Assembly: GCF_041886205.1 (NCBI RefSeq)
Contig: NZ_CP169029.1
Strand: one strand, 5' to 3'
Origin: Escherichia coli
Lineage (GTDB): Bacteria; Pseudomonadota; Gammaproteobacteria; Enterobacterales; Enterobacteriaceae
Length of the DNA: 64,000 nucleotides
Below are positions 1-12,700 of the stretch, one piece after another (positions within the stretch are counted from its first letter, which is position 1; each line of letters begins with the position of its first letter). The notes under the pieces are model-generated. The model was not told the origin of the DNA, ran no database searches, and was given only the letters and a program-made list of their open reading frames with translations. The position numbers and the translations under genes were made by a program.

Positions 1-121
1 ATTGAAAACGAAACGACATGCGCCTGCGAAGCGCCTCATTTCACGCTCCTGTTGACCACCGGGTCTTAACTGGAATTTAAATGCCTGTAGTCGTTTCACA
101 GGTCAAATTATATTTTGGTCT

Positions 122-688
122 GTGAAAAAAGAAACCGATATCCGGCGTGGAAGGCATTGTGTTTTCCTGAAGCATGTTCACATGGTCTTTGTCACCAAAT
201 ACCGACGCCAGATTTTTGACCATGACGCGACAGAAAAACTACGCACTTACTTTTCAAATGTATGTGCTGATTTTGAAGCTGAACTGGTTGAAATGGATGG
301 CGAACCAGATCACGTCCATTTGTTAATTAACTATCCTCCCAAACTGGCGATATCCAGTCTGATAAACAGCCTCAAAAGCGTATCGGGTAGGTTACTGCGA
401 CGAGATCGACCAGATATTGCAGTCAGGTATTACTACAAAGGCGTTTTGTGGAGTCCTGGCTATTTTGCCAGTAGCTGCGGAGGTGCGCCAATATCCGTCA
501 TCCGCCAATACATTGAACAACAGCAAACACCTGGTCAGGTGGAAAACCGCGCCTTATATCCCCGCCCTGAAGGACGGGGTTTTACGGCGCACCGGATAAA
601 TTCGCCTCACGGCATCAACCCATTGAACAGACGTTTTTTACGCGGCCCGGTCATTAAAGATTCCAGTTTCGCGACACAGGTTTTGTAG
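122..688 (+). CDS. IS200/IS605-family transposase TnpA (Y1 HUH enzyme); 188-aa ORF, likely with a C-terminal read-through extension
   Basis: Translation has the HUH motif (PDHVHLLI), a conserved Tyr in [15 protein letters not shown] and a [13 protein letters not shown] tail, closely resembling IS608-type TnpA; the ORF continues about 30 aa past the usual family end and overlaps lsrG antisense. Confidence 0.7.
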   Translation: MKKETDIRRGRHCVFLKHVHMVFVTKYRRQIFDHDATEKLRTYFSNVCADFEAELVEMDGEPDHVHLLINYPPKLAISSLINSLKSVSGRLLRRDRPDIAVRYYYKGVLWSPGYFASSCGGAPISVIRQYIEQQQTPGQVENRALYPRPEGRGFTAHRINSPHGINPLNRRFLRGPVIKDSSFATQVL

Positions 689-897
689 TGGGGCGTGGTT
701 TTATGGAACGCCACTGCGTCTTCATCTTTATAGGCTTCGTAGATATAAAAGCGCGAATTCACTTCCGGGTCCTGTAAGACATCGAAGCGCAAATTGCCTT
801 CTTCCTGTACAGAGCCCAGGTGGTTCTGGCGAAAAACTTCGATAAACTCGTCAACCTTGTCTTCATGAACGTTAATTTCAACCAGTGTGACGTGCAT
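607..897 (-). CDS. lsrG: LsrG, phospho-AI-2 isomerase (96 aa)
   Basis: ORF translation [18 protein letters not shown]..., antibiotic-biosynthesis-monooxygenase-like fold; position downstream of lsrF; ORF-track start trimmed to MHVTL. Confidence 0.9.
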   Translation of the reverse strand: MHVTLVEINVHEDKVDEFIEVFRQNHLGSVQEEGNLRFDVLQDPEVNSRFYIYEAYKDEDAVAFHKTTPHYKTCVAKLESLMTGPRKKRLFNGLMP

Positions 898-919
898 GTT
901 TCTTCTCCTTAATCCGCAG

Positions 920-1795
920 TTACTGTTTTTCACTCAGATAGAGTTCATATGCCCGATCAGCCGTTTCGTTATGGTGTACCACCGCCTGTACGGCTTTCAT
1001 CATCGCCACCGGATGGTCAGACTGGAAAATATTACGCCCCATATCCACACCAGAAGCGCCCTGATCGATAGCCTGCCAGCACATTTCCAGCGCCTCGCGC
1101 TCCGGTAATTTTTTACCGCCAGCAATAACAATGGGTACCGGACATCCGGCAACAATCCGTTCAAAACCTTTATCGACATAATAGGTTTTGATAATTTGCG
1201 CCCCCATTTCAGCGGCGATTCGAGTCGCGAGCGAGAAATAACGCTGATCGCGCACCATATCTTTGCCCACGCCTGTCACGGCCATGGTCGGCATTCCCAC
1301 TTTCATTCCGGCATCAACCAGCTGAATAATATTTTTGATCGACTGATGTTCATATTCGCTGCCGATATAAACCTGCGCCGCCACCGCGCAACTGTTCAGG
1401 CGCACGGCGTCATCCATCGATAACGCCACGGCTTCATTACTTAATTCCGCCAGAATAGAGTTCGCACCTGACGCCCGCAGTACCACCGGCCTATTGGTCG
1501 CAGGGGGAACTACGCTGCGCAAAATGCCGCGCGTACACATTAATACATCGGCATGTTCAAACAGCGGGGCGATATTTATATCAATGCGTTCAAGTCCGGT
1601 AGTCGGTCCCTGAAAATAACCATGGTCAAAAGCCAGCATCACGGTTTTACCCGTTTTCGGATTAAATATCCGCGATAAGCGTGACTGCATTCCCCAATCC
1701 AGCGCACCGCAACCTTTCAGGGTAAAAGGGATATTTTTTTGCGGTTGATCGGTACGAAAATCTTTACCATCTTTAATATCGTCTAAATCTGCCAT
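920..1795 (-). CDS. lsrF: LsrF, 3-hydroxy-5-phosphonooxypentane-2,4-dione thiolase (aldolase-like), 291 aa
   Basis: Full-length ORF; class I aldolase-like sequence; operon context lsrACDBFG. Confidence 0.9.
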   Translation of the reverse strand: MADLDDIKDGKDFRTDQPQKNIPFTLKGCGALDWGMQSRLSRIFNPKTGKTVMLAFDHGYFQGPTTGLERIDINIAPLFEHADVLMCTRGILRSVVPPATNRPVVLRASGANSILAELSNEAVALSMDDAVRLNSCAVAAQVYIGSEYEHQSIKNIIQLVDAGMKVGMPTMAVTGVGKDMVRDQRYFSLATRIAAEMGAQIIKTYYVDKGFERIVAGCPVPIVIAGGKKLPEREALEMCWQAIDQGASGVDMGRNIFQSDHPVAMMKAVQAVVHHNETADRAYELYLSEKQ

Positions 1796-1821
1796 AACTT
1801 ACTCCGGTTAAGTAATGCACA

Positions 1822-2844
1822 TCAGAAATCGTATTTGCCGATATTCTCTTTGTTGAATATCACGCGCTCCGGTAACAGTACGATGCCATTACCATCCGCT
1901 TCGTAGTCATAGCCCTGAACGCTGTTTGGCGAGACTTCAACCTGACCTACGCCCTTGATATCCAGCTTGTCGCCCGTTTTCATTGATCCTTTTTTCAATA
2001 ATGCATCCGCGACATACACTGAAATTTTGCCTTGCTGAACCACATCCCACAGGCCAAATTCTTTCACCGTGCCGCGCTCTACATACGGGCGCATCACATT
2101 TGGCGTACTGAATCCGACAATCGCAACTTTGTCATTTTTCAGGTTTTCTGCGGCTTGTGCGGCAGCGGGCAGGGCGTTGGCATCAGGGGCGATAATGGCG
2201 TCGAGATCGCTATACGCTTTTAATATTCCTTCTGCGGTTTGTAACGATTTAGTGGCATCGTTATAGCCAAACTGCGTAGTGACAATTTCCCAGCCAGGAT
2301 GCTCTTTGGCGATTTTCGCTTTCGCTTCTTTCACCCACTGGTTTTGGTCCGTAACGGTGGGGCTTGAGTAGAAAAACGCGACTTTGGCTTTGTCTTTATT
2401 CACCTGACGCGCCGCCATATCCACCAACATACCTCCCAACTGGGCGGGCGTTCCCTGATTAATGTAGTAAGAGCGGCACTCCGGTTTAGTATCAGAGTCC
2501 CAGGTCAGCACTCTCACACCACGTTGCATGGCGCGTTTCAGTGCCGGACACAAGCCATCAGGCGAAACCGCAGAAACGATAATGGCGTTATAACCCTGAT
2601 TGACGAAGTTATTAATCAACTGTACCTGACCAGAAACACTGGGTTCTGTCGGCCCGTCGTAGGTCACATCAACGCCCAGCTCTTTACCCGCTTGTTGTGC
2701 GCCGTTGCCACCACTGGTAAAAAATCCCACGCCAACCAGTTTGGGAATAAATGCAATACGCTCTGCGGCCTGCACATTCATAGAGATTGCGGCAATGCCA
2801 AGAGCGCTAAGTAAGGCGATTTTCTTAAAGCGATGAAGTGTCAT
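1822..2844 (-). CDS. lsrB: LsrB, periplasmic AI-2 binding protein (340 aa)
   Basis: N-terminal signal peptide ([26 protein letters not shown]), periplasmic sugar-binding fold; operon context. Confidence 0.9.
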
Positions 2845-2855
2845 GAAGATATCCT

Positions 2856-3848
2856 TTATGGCAATGGGTTATTGGCCCGACGCGCCAGCCACTCTTTAAT
2901 TTGCTGGCGATGCAGGCTAACGGAACGACCTACGACAACGACGATAAGTAGCGCACCGGAAAGGGCGCTGGACACCTGATTTGGCACTCCTGCCATTTGC
3001 AAACCTTGTTGCAAATATCCCACTAATAAAACCGCAATGGCGGTGCCGATAATGGAACCGGAACCACCATAAATATTGGCACCGCCAAGCACCACGGCGG
3101 TGATGGCGGGCATCAGAAACGACGCACCGAGATCGGAACGTGCTGAACCAAAATACGATACCAGCAGCACAGCGGCGACCGCAGACGCCAGCCCCGTCAT
3201 GGCATAGAGCGCACATAAGGTGCGGTTAACTGGAATCGCGCTATAAAGCGCCACGCGCGGGCTTTGCCCAATCAAAAACACATTACGTCCGGCATGGGTT
3301 TTATGCAGCCAGAGCCAGAAAACGAGGAGACATATCAGGAAGATAATCAGCGGAACGGGGAGCCCCAGCACATCCAGGTTAGCGAAATCTGTAAACGCCA
3401 TCGGGAATCCACCAATATCTTCGTACCCCGTCGCTCCGGCCATCCCGGAAAGCAGCAGGGCACTTCCGGCAAACAGATACAGCGTGCCAAGCGTAATCAC
3501 CAGCGGGTTAACTTTGGTATAGATAATTAATCCGGCGTTGATCAGCCCGCACAATACGCCGAGCAGTAAGGTCAGGAGTATCGCCAGCGGCATCGGCACA
3601 CCACTTTGAAACAGTACGCCCAATGCAATGGCGCAGAGGCCGATGGTCGAACCAAACGAAATATCGATCCCGCCACTGACAATCACCATCGTCAGCGGTA
3701 GGGCGACAATGCCAATGCAGATAAAGTCACTGGTGCTGAACAGCAACATATTGAGATCTAACATCCGCGGGTTAATTGCACCAAATGCGACAATCTCAAT
3801 AACGAGCAGTGCGGCAAGAGCCAGTTCCCAACCGTAGCGAATACGCAT
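2856..3848 (-). CDS. lsrD: LsrD, AI-2 ABC transporter permease (330 aa)
   Basis: Polytopic hydrophobic ORF; position between lsrC and lsrB. Confidence 0.9.
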
Positions 3849-4876
3849 TATGCGGCCTCCCGTTTTTTACCTGACGAAGCGGGTTTAACGGATGGCGGTG
3901 GCGTCATAAAGCGGGCATATTTTTGCCGCCGCAGATTACGTTCCAGCGCACAACGCAGGCGTCCATCAAACACCAGCACCGCTAGCAGCACGAGGCCCGC
4001 GATAAAATCGTTCCACCATGCCGGAATGCGCAACAGCACCAGTACGCTATCGATCTGCGTCAGGAACCATGCGCCGAGTACCGCACCGATGATCGCACCG
4101 GAACCGCCGAGCAAACTAATGCCGCCCAGCACGCAGGCTGCAATTGCTTTCATCTCCAGCCCGGTACCGGTCTGGTTGGGGATAAAACCAATCTGCGAAG
4201 CAAACACAATCCCCGCCAGTGCCGCCATGCAGCCGTTCAACGAAAATGCCACAATGCGAATGGCTTCCGTACGAACGCCCAGTTGACGAGCTCCCTGTAA
4301 ATTATCGCCCGTGGCATAAAAACTGCGTCCAAACGCCGTCTTTGCCAGCAGCCAGGCCATAAATGCCACCAGAATTATCGTTAACTAACCAATTGCTGAA
4401 ACGCCAAGCAGCAGCGGGGCGGAGAGCTGTTTCAGTTCGGCGGGTAACCCCTCAATCCATTTACCGCCAGTCCACAGCAACATGATGCCTCTGTACAACC
4501 CTAACGAGCCAAGGGTGGCAACAATGGCAGGGATCTTTAGCCACGCGACCAGGACACCGTTGAAAAATCCCGCGAGCAAACCAAGCAGTAAAGTCGCGAC
4601 ACAGGCAACAGGTAGTGAATATCCTGCGTTCAGTAACATCCCCAACAGCACCGCGCACATTCCGGTAATCGAACCCACTGAAACATCAATATTGCGCGTA
4701 AGCATTACCAGCGTCGCGCCCATTGCCAGCAGGATCAGGATTTGCGCGCTGCTATAAACCATGGTCAGCGTTTGCACACTTAAATACTGGCGGTCGAGAA
4801 AACCGGGTAATACAAACAGCAGCACCACCGCCAGCAGTGCCGTGATTTCACGGTTGTTCTGAATAAACTTCAGCAT
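3848..4876 (-). pseudogene. lsrC: lsrC, AI-2 ABC transporter permease interrupted by an in-frame TAG stop at codon 164 (complement of 4385-4387)
   Basis: Two same-frame ORFs (4385..4876 and 3848..4369) separated only by one stop codon; total span 1029 nt = 342 codons + stop, the length of an intact LsrC; sequence around the stop reads [19 protein letters not shown] where a Trp codon (TGG) is expected. Confidence 0.8.
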
Positions 4877-6395
4877 GACGCCTCCTGACGCTGACTATCG
4901 CCGAAGGCAACGCGCATAATAGTCTCGACATTAATATCGCGCCCGGTCAGTGCAGAGTGGGTAATTTCGCCCTGATGCATCACATACACACGATCTGCCA
5001 TCAGTTCGATCTCTTCCAGATCAGAGGAGATAAGCAGCACTGCCACATTCTGTGCGGCGATGCTGCGCAACAGCTGGTAGATATCATTACGGGCTGAGAC
5101 ATCCACGCCGCGCGTCGGCTCATCGACAATCAATGCTTGCGGCGAAGCTTCCAGGCATTTGGCAATGAGGATTTTTTGCTGGTTGCCACCGGATAATGTC
5201 CGTGCAGCTTGTTCCGGTTGGTTAAATTTAATATTCAGCGCCCGACGATATCGTTCCAGGGTGGCATTATCTTTCGCGGTTTTCGCCCAGAATCCACGAA
5301 GGTTATGAGTAAGGGCGCAGACGTTCCACGCCAGTGAAGCATCGAGATTCAGTCCGGATGACTGGCGATCTTCCGGCAGATAAACCAGACCGCGCAGTAA
5401 ACGTTCTCCGGTGGATAATCTATTGATCTCTTTACCATTCAGCATAATGCTTCCGCCACGCAAACTACGCAGACCATAGAGCGTCTCGGCCAGTTCTGTG
5501 CGTCCGGCTCCCACCAGCCCAGCCAGGCCCAGAATTTCTCCGGCATTGAGCGTCAGGCTGACATTCCTGAAACCTTCGCCAGTCAGATTTTCCAGTGTCA
5601 GCACCGACGTTCCGGCGGCATGTTGTGGGCGGTTACCAGGTAACTCCAGCCATAATTTTTGGCTGGCAGAGAGCGATTTTTCCCGTACCACTGGCGTGAT
5701 GGCCTGAATAATGTCGTCGGTAGACAGTTCGCTGGTTTTGCCGCTTAAGGCGATGGTTCCGTCGCGCATCACGCTAATTCGATCGGCAATCTGGCGAATT
5801 TCCGGCAGCTTATGCGAGATAAAAACAATACCCACGCCAGTAGCAAGCAGCTCTTGCAAGCGACTAAACAAGCGTTCGGTTTCCGCAGGGGTAAGCGAGG
5901 CGGTAGGTTCAGAATCCGCGAGTCGCGCATCAGCCCGCGGAGGATTTCCACCATTTGGCGATCGGCGACATCCAGCGATCCTGCCAGACTATGCAGATCA
6001 AACTGGCAGCCCAGCGCCGCCAGCAAGTTCTTCATTTTCTGCATGGAGAGCTGTTTTTTTGCCAGCCCAAACAGGATGTTTTCTTTTATCGACAGGCTTG
6101 GAAAAAGCAGCGGTTCCTGGGGAACGAGATAAATACCCAGCTGATGAGCATGAACTGGCGTTAATCTGGCGTAGTTGTTGCCCCCAATCTTCAGCGTACC
6201 GCTATCAGCAGGGGTAATACCGGCAATAATCTTCATTAACGTCGATTTACCGGCACCATTGCCGCCGAGCAGGGCGTGGACCTCCCCCTGATGCAACGTA
6301 AAATCGATGCCTTTCAGGACATTGACCCCTGAATACTGTTTATAAACCGAGCGGGCGCAAAGTAGCGGTAACGCGCGGGTATCACTCGTTTGCAT
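4870..6395 (-). pseudogene. lsrA: lsrA, AI-2 ABC transporter ATPase with a 10-nt deletion (frameshift) removing the first Walker B motif
   Basis: N-terminal ORF (5769..6395) leaves frame after ...[15 protein letters not shown]; the second ORF (4870..5871) is in another frame and resumes [22 protein letters not shown]...; total span 1526 nt against 1536 nt expected for a 511-aa LsrA; junction at about 5910/5911. Confidence 0.8.
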
Positions 6396-6643
6396 ATTTC
6401 CCCTGTTCAGTTTTGCAGGTGAGTTTTGAACAAATGTATTTCTGCTTTTAATTTGTTCATAACCTTAGGTGGACATTGCACATATTTCCGACGAATAGAT
6501 CACAATTTATGCTATTTTGATTCTCCCGGTTGCGTTTGTTCATACTCGTAGAGTCAAACTGTGGTTGCCATCACAGATATAAATGCGCAAGAACTGAACA
6601 ATTGCATTAAAGATTTAAATATGTTCAAAGTGAAGAATGAATT
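6396..6643. promoter_or_regulatory. lsrR / lsrACDBFG divergent promoter region (LsrR- and CRP-controlled in K-12); candidate CRP half-site near 6484-6505
   Basis: Divergent gene arrangement; AT-rich 248-bp intergenic region; TGTGA half-site on the minus strand (...gaatagatcaca...). Confidence 0.55.
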
Positions 6644-7597
6644 ATGACAATCAACGATTCGGTAATTTCAGAACAGGGAATGTGTGAAGAAGAACAGGTC
6701 GCGCGGATCGCGTGGTTTTACTACCACGACGGGCTGACCCAGAGTGAGATCAGCGATCGTCTCGGCCTGACCCGTTTGAAAGTGTCGCGATTACTGGAGA
6801 AAGGGCATCAATCCGGCATTATTCGCGTACAGATTAATTCTCGCTTTGAAGGCTGTCTGGAATATGAAACACAATTACGTCGTCAGTTTTCGCTGCAACA
6901 TGTCCGGGTGATCCCAGGGCTTGCGGATGCTGATGTCGGCGGGCGACTAGGGATAGGCGCGGCGCATATGTTGATGAGTTTACTTCAACCACAACAGATG
7001 CTGGCGATTGGTTTTGGCGAGGCAACCATGAATACGCTGCAACGCTTAAGTGGTTTTATTTCGTCACAGCAAATTCGCCTGGTCACGCTCTCCGGTGGAG
7101 TCGGTTCTTATATGACGGGTATCGGGCAGCTTAACGCGGCGTGCAGTGTGAATATTATTCCGGCTCCGTTGCGGGCATCCTCCGCTGACATTGCCCGTAC
7201 GCTAAAAAATGAAAATTGCGTCAAAGATGTTCTGCTAGCCGCGCAAGCAGCGGATGTGGCGATTGTCGGCATTGGTGCTGTGAGTCAACAGGACGATGCG
7301 ACAATCATTCGCTCCGGTTATATCAGCCAGGGCGAACAGTTAATGATTGGCCGAAAAGGTGCAATTGGCGACATTTTAGGCTACTTTTTTGATGCAAAAG
7401 GTGACGTTGTCACGGATATTAAAATACATAACGAACTGATTGGCTTACCTTTAAGCGCGCTGAAGACCATACCCGTCCGGGTTGGCGTGGCAGGGGGAGA
7501 AAATAAAGCCGAAGCAATTGTCGCTGCAATGAAAGGCGGTTATATCAACGCACTGGTCACCGATCAGGACACAGCAGCGGCGATTTTACGTAGTTAA
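6644..7597 (+). CDS. lsrR: LsrR, SorC-family repressor of the lsr operon (317 aa)
   Basis: Full-length ORF; N-terminal HTH and SorC-type sugar-phosphate binding domain; divergent from lsrA. Confidence 0.9.
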   Translation: MTINDSVISEQGMCEEEQVARIAWFYYHDGLTQSEISDRLGLTRLKVSRLLEKGHQSGIIRVQINSRFEGCLEYETQLRRQFSLQHVRVIPGLADADVGGRLGIGAAHMLMSLLQPQQMLAIGFGEATMNTLQRLSGFISSQQIRLVTLSGGVGSYMTGIGQLNAACSVNIIPAPLRASSADIARTLKNENCVKDVLLAAQAADVAIVGIGAVSQQDDATIIRSGYISQGEQLMIGRKGAIGDILGYFFDAKGDVVTDIKIHNELIGLPLSALKTIPVRVGVAGGENKAEAIVAAMKGGYINALVTDQDTAAAILRS

Positions 7598-7675
7598 ATT
7601 TGCATGACCTTATTACCGGGAATGATGGAGAACGTATAGAGGAACAGACAGAACGCATAAGCCGAGGATAATCTA

Positions 7676-9268
7676 ATGGCTCGACTCTTTACCCCTTCAG
7701 AATCAAAGTATTACCTGATGGCGCTGGATGCAGGTACCGGAAGTATTCGGGCTGTGATATTCGACCTGGAAGGCAATCAAATAGCAGTGGGACAGGCGGA
7801 GTGGCGGCACCTGGCAGTACCGGACGTTCCTGGTTCTATGGAATTTGATCTCAACAAAAACTGGCAACTGGCGTGTGAGTGTATGCGCCAGGCGCTGCAC
7901 AACGCCGGCATAGCCCCGGAGTATATCGCTGCCGTTTCGGCATGTTCGATGCGTGAAGGCATTGTTTTATATAACAATGAAGGAACACCGATCTGGGCCT
8001 GCGCCAATGTGGATGCCAGAGCGGCGCGCGAAGTTAGCGAACTTAAAGAACTGCACAACAATACCTTTGAAAACGAAGTTTATCGCGCGACCGGACAAAC
8101 ACTGGCTTTAAGTGCCATCCCCAGATTACTTTGGCTGGCGCACCATCGTTCCGATATTTACCGTCAGGCATCAACCATCACCATGATCAGCGACTGGCTG
8201 GCCTATATGCTCAGCGGCGAACTTGCGGTGGATCCCTCTAACGCTGGCACCACGGGACTTCTTGATCTAACCATCCGTGACTGGAAACCTGCATTGCTGG
8301 ATATGGCTGGCCTGCGTGCCGATATTCTTTCTCCTGTCAAAGAAACCGGCACATTGCTGGGCGTGGTAAGTTCACAAGCGGCGGAACTCTGCGGTCTGAA
8401 GGTGGGCACTCCGGTGGTCGTTGGAGGAGGCGACGTGCAGCTTGGTTGCCTGGGGTTAGGCATTGTGCGTCCGGCACAAACCGCGGTTCTTGGCGGCACA
8501 TTCTGGCAGCAAGTTGTAAATTTAGCCGCGCCGGTGACAGACCCAGAAATGAACGTGCGCGTTAATCCTCATGTTATTCCTGGCATGGTACAAGCTGAAT
8601 CTATAAGCTTTTTTACCGGACTCACCATGCGCTGGTTCCGCGATGCTTTCTGTGCCGAAGAAAAACTGATTGCCGAACGTTTAGGCATCGACACCTATAC
8701 GCTGCTGGAAGAGATGGCCAGTCGGGTGCCGCCTGGGTCGTGGGGCGTAATGCCGATCTTCTCCGACAGAATGCGCTTTAAAACCTGGTATCACGCTGCG
8801 CCTTCCTTTATTAATTTGTCCATTGACCTGGATAAATGTAACAAAGCGACATTGTTCCGTGCGCTGGAAGAAAATGCGGCGATTGTATCAGCGTGTAATT
8901 TGCAGCAAATTGCTGATTTCTCGAATATTCATCCCACCTCGCTGGTTTTTGCTGGCGGAGGTTCAAAAGGGAAATTATGGAGTCAAATTCTCGCTGATGT
9001 CTCGGGATTACCCGTCAATATTCCGGTAGTCAAAGAAGCCACCGCATTAGGATGTGCCATTGCAGCTGGCGTCGGTGCCGGAATTTTTTCATCAATGGCA
9101 GAAACCGGAGAACGCCTGGTTCGCTGGGAACGGACGCACACACCAGACCCGGAAAAGCATGAACTTTATCAGGATTCACGCGATAAGTGGCAGGCAGTTT
9201 ATCAGGATCAGCTGGGGCTGGTTGATCATGGACTGACGACGTCGTTATGGAAAGCGCCTGGGTTATAG
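7676..9268 (+). CDS. lsrK: LsrK, autoinducer-2 kinase (FGGY carbohydrate kinase family, 530 aa)
   Basis: FGGY-kinase-like translation; immediately downstream of lsrR. Confidence 0.9.
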   Translation: MARLFTPSESKYYLMALDAGTGSIRAVIFDLEGNQIAVGQAEWRHLAVPDVPGSMEFDLNKNWQLACECMRQALHNAGIAPEYIAAVSACSMREGIVLYNNEGTPIWACANVDARAAREVSELKELHNNTFENEVYRATGQTLALSAIPRLLWLAHHRSDIYRQASTITMISDWLAYMLSGELAVDPSNAGTTGLLDLTIRDWKPALLDMAGLRADILSPVKETGTLLGVVSSQAAELCGLKVGTPVVVGGGDVQLGCLGLGIVRPAQTAVLGGTFWQQVVNLAAPVTDPEMNVRVNPHVIPGMVQAESISFFTGLTMRWFRDAFCAEEKLIAERLGIDTYTLLEEMASRVPPGSWGVMPIFSDRMRFKTWYHAAPSFINLSIDLDKCNKATLFRALEENAAIVSACNLQQIADFSNIHPTSLVFAGGGSKGKLWSQILADVSGLPVNIPVVKEATALGCAIAAGVGAGIFSSMAETGERLVRWERTHTPDPEKHELYQDSRDKWQAVYQDQLGLVDHGLTTSLWKAPGL

Positions 9269-9276
9269 TTTCATTG

Positions 9277-9312
9277 ACAGCCACATCATGATGACCGTGG
9301 CTGTTAGTTTTT
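9277..9312 (+). terminator. Putative rho-independent terminator after lsrK
   Basis: Inverted repeat ACAGCCAC ... GTGGCTGT followed by TAGTTTTTGAG. Confidence 0.5.
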
Positions 9313-9798
9313 GAGTATAGTTATTCTTATTTCCCTTCTTTTAGAACTGGCTTGTTAAATGCCAGCTTGCAGATTCATCCTTCCATCACCAGTAATATAT
9401 TCAAGGTGAAATTGCTATTTTTCTTAAAGCATTAAGCATAACCCTTATTTTATAGCGAATATTCCTAAAGACATTAATGGATGCAAAAGGGGTTTAATAA
9501 ACTTCGATTTTTAGCAATTAGTGCTATTCTTTGTTAAATATGATGATGGTAATTTTCCTATTAAAAGAAACAGTTTTCTTATTAAGCAACAATAACTCAT
9601 AGTTCATTTTTAAATAAAATAAGAACTATGCAATTTTTAATCTATCAATTCGAAAGCATTAGCAAATTAGCCAAATTGACACCTTCCCACCTCCAAATAA
9701 CACTCAATACAGACCTCTGACAATTTAATAAGTTTCATTTTTGATGTCTGGCGACTCATCTCTTTCGTGGCTGTATTGTTTGTATATGGAGCGTTTAT

Positions 9799-12700
9799 AT
9801 GAATAGAATCTATCGCGTGATATGGAATTGCACCCTACAGGTATTTCAGGTCTGCTCGGAATTAACTCGCAGGGTAGGTAAAAAATCGACGGTTAATTTG
9901 CGTAAATCCTCTGGACTGACAACGAAATTCAGTAGATTGACGCTGGGTGTTTTGCTGGCACTAAGCGGTTCAGCGTCTGGTGCGAGTCTGGAAGTTGATA
10001 ATGATCAGATTACCAATATTGATACTGATGTTGCTTATGATGCCTACCTGGTTGGCTGGTATGGCACTGGAGTGCTTAATATTTTGGCTGGCGGTAATGC
10101 CTCCTTAACCACGATTACTACCAGCGTCATTGGTGGTAATGAGAACTCGAAGGGCACCGTTAATGTTTTGGGTGGCACCTGGCGATTGTATGATAGCGGA
10201 AATAATGCAAGGCCTTTAAATGTGGGTCAATCCGGAACGGGGACGCTGAATATTAAACAGAAAGGTCACGTTGATGGAGGATATTTAAGGCTAGGTTCCT
10301 CGACAGGAGGCGTCGGGACGGTCAATGTTGAGGGAGAGGACTCTGTTCTGACGACCGAATTATTCGAAATAGGGAGCTATGGCACAGGCTCATTAAATAT
10401 TACAGATAAGGGTTACGTCACGAGTTCAATAGTCGCCATTTTAGGCTATCAGGCGGGCGGTAATGGCCAGGTTGTCGTGGAAAAGGGCGGCGAGTGGCTA
10501 ATAAAAAATAACGATTCCTCAATTGAATTTCAAATTGGTAATCAAGGAACGGGGGAAGCGACTATTCGCGGGGGTGGGCTGATTACGGCTGAAAACACGA
10601 TTATCGGTGGCAATGCCACCGGTATCGGAACCCTGAATGTGCAGGATCAAGACTCTGTCATCACGGTACGCAGACTCTATAATGGATATTTCGGCAATGG
10701 CACAGTCAATATTTCCAATAATGGACTGATTAATAACAAAGAATATTCATTGGTGGGCGTTCAGGACGGTTCCCACGGTGTCATCAACGTGACCGATAAA
10801 GGGCATTGGAATTTCCTCGGAACAGGCGAAGCTTTCCGCTATATCTATATCGGTGATGCTGGCGACGGTGAACTTAATGTCTCGAGTGAAGGCAAAGTAG
10901 ATTCGGGAATTATCACTGCGGGGATGAAAGAAACAGGCACAGGCAACATTACTGTTAAGGATAAGAACTCCGTTATCACTAATCTCGGAACTAATCTTGG
11001 TTATGACGGCCACGGCGAAATGAATATCAGTAATGAGGGGCTTGTTGTCAGCAACGGAGGAAGTTCACTCGGTTATGGAGAAACCGGCGTCGGGAATGTC
11101 AGCATCACCACGGGGGGGATGTGGGAGGTCAATAAGAATGTCTATACCACCATTGGTGTTGCGGGTGTCGGAAACCTCAATATTAGCGATGGCGGTAAGT
11201 TTGTATCGCAAAATATTACTTTTTTGGGCGATAAAGCAAGCGGTATCGGCACACTGAACCTGATGGATGCGACATCATCGTTCGATACTGTGGGTATCAA
11301 TGTCGGTAATTTTGGTAGCGGTATCGTAAATGTCAGTAATGGTGCCACCCTTAATTCAACGGGCTATGGATTTATCGGAGGAAATGCCTCCGGTAAGGGG
11401 ATAGTTAATATTTCAACGGATAGTCTCTGGAATTTAAAGACATCATCTACTAACGCCCAATTGCTACAGGTCGGTGTATTAGGCACGGGTAAACTGAATA
11501 TTACCACCGGAGGTATAGTTAAAGCGCGTGATACACAGATAGCTCTCAATGACAAAAGTAAGGGCGACGTGAGGGTGGATGGGCAGAACTCTCTGCTTGA
11601 AACATTCAATATGAACGTAGGGACGACTGGCACGGGTACGTTAACCCTGACGAATAACGGCACGCTGAATGTTGAGGGTGGCGAAGTTTACTTAGGTGTT
11701 TTTGAACCTGCTGTAGGAACGCTAAACATTGGTGCTGCTCACGGTGAGGCGGCGGCAGATGCCGGGTTTATCACCAACGCGACGAAAGTAGAGTTTGGTT
11801 CTGGCGAAGGTGTTTTTGTCTTTAATCATACCAATAACAGTGATACCGGCTACCAGGTCGATATGCTGATTACGGGTGACGATAAAGACGGAAAAGTGAT
11901 ACATGATGCAGGCCATACGGTGTTCAATGCAGGGAATACTTATAGCGGTAAAACGCTGGTCAATGACGGCCTCCTGACCATTGCGTCACATACGGCAGAT
12001 GGGGTAACGGGCATGGGTTCGAGTGAAGTAACCATTGCAAGCCCCGGTACGCTCGACATTCTCGCATCAACGAACAGTGCAGGAGATTACACGCTGACCA
12101 ATGCGCTCAAAGGCGATGGCTTGATGCGAGTTCAGCTGTCATCCTCCGACAAGATGTTTGGCTTTACCCATGCAACAGGGGCTGAATTCGCCGGTGTTGC
12201 CCAACTGAAAGACAGTACCTTCACTCTGGAACGCGACAACACCGCTGCGCTTACTCACGCGATGTTGCAGTCTGACATTGAAAATACCACATCGGTAAAC
12301 GTGGGAGAGCAATCCATTGGTGGACTGGCCATGAATGGCGGTACGCTCATTTTCGATACGGATATTCCTGCTGCGACGCTTGCAGAGGGATATATCAGCG
12401 TCGATACGCTGGTTGTCGGCGCGGGTGACTACACCTGGAAAGGCCGTAACTATCAGGTAAACGGGACGGGCGACGTGCTTATCGACGTGCCTAAACCGTG
12501 GAATGATCCCATGGCGAATAACCCTCTGACGACGCTCAATTTGCTGGAACACGATGATAGCCATGTCGGCGTTCAACTGGTGAAGGCGCAAACGGTTATT
12601 GGGTCGGGTGGTTCATTAACGTTACGTGATTTACAGGGCAACGAGGTGGAAGCGGACAAAACGTTACATATTGCGCAAAACGGAACGGTGGTCGCCGAGG

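Noticed and set aside
1-121. tnpB partner gene or a second transposase for the IS200/IS605-like element
   Set aside because: No TnpB-like ORF exists in the window on either side of tnpA; it may lie upstream of position 1, so this cannot be assessed here.
9799-11700. Possible CRISPR-like or tandem DNA repeats in the periodic 5' region of the autotransporter
   Set aside because: The periodicity is at the protein level (GTGxLNI beta-helix repeats of variable length) with divergent DNA and no spacer/repeat architecture; no cas genes in the window.
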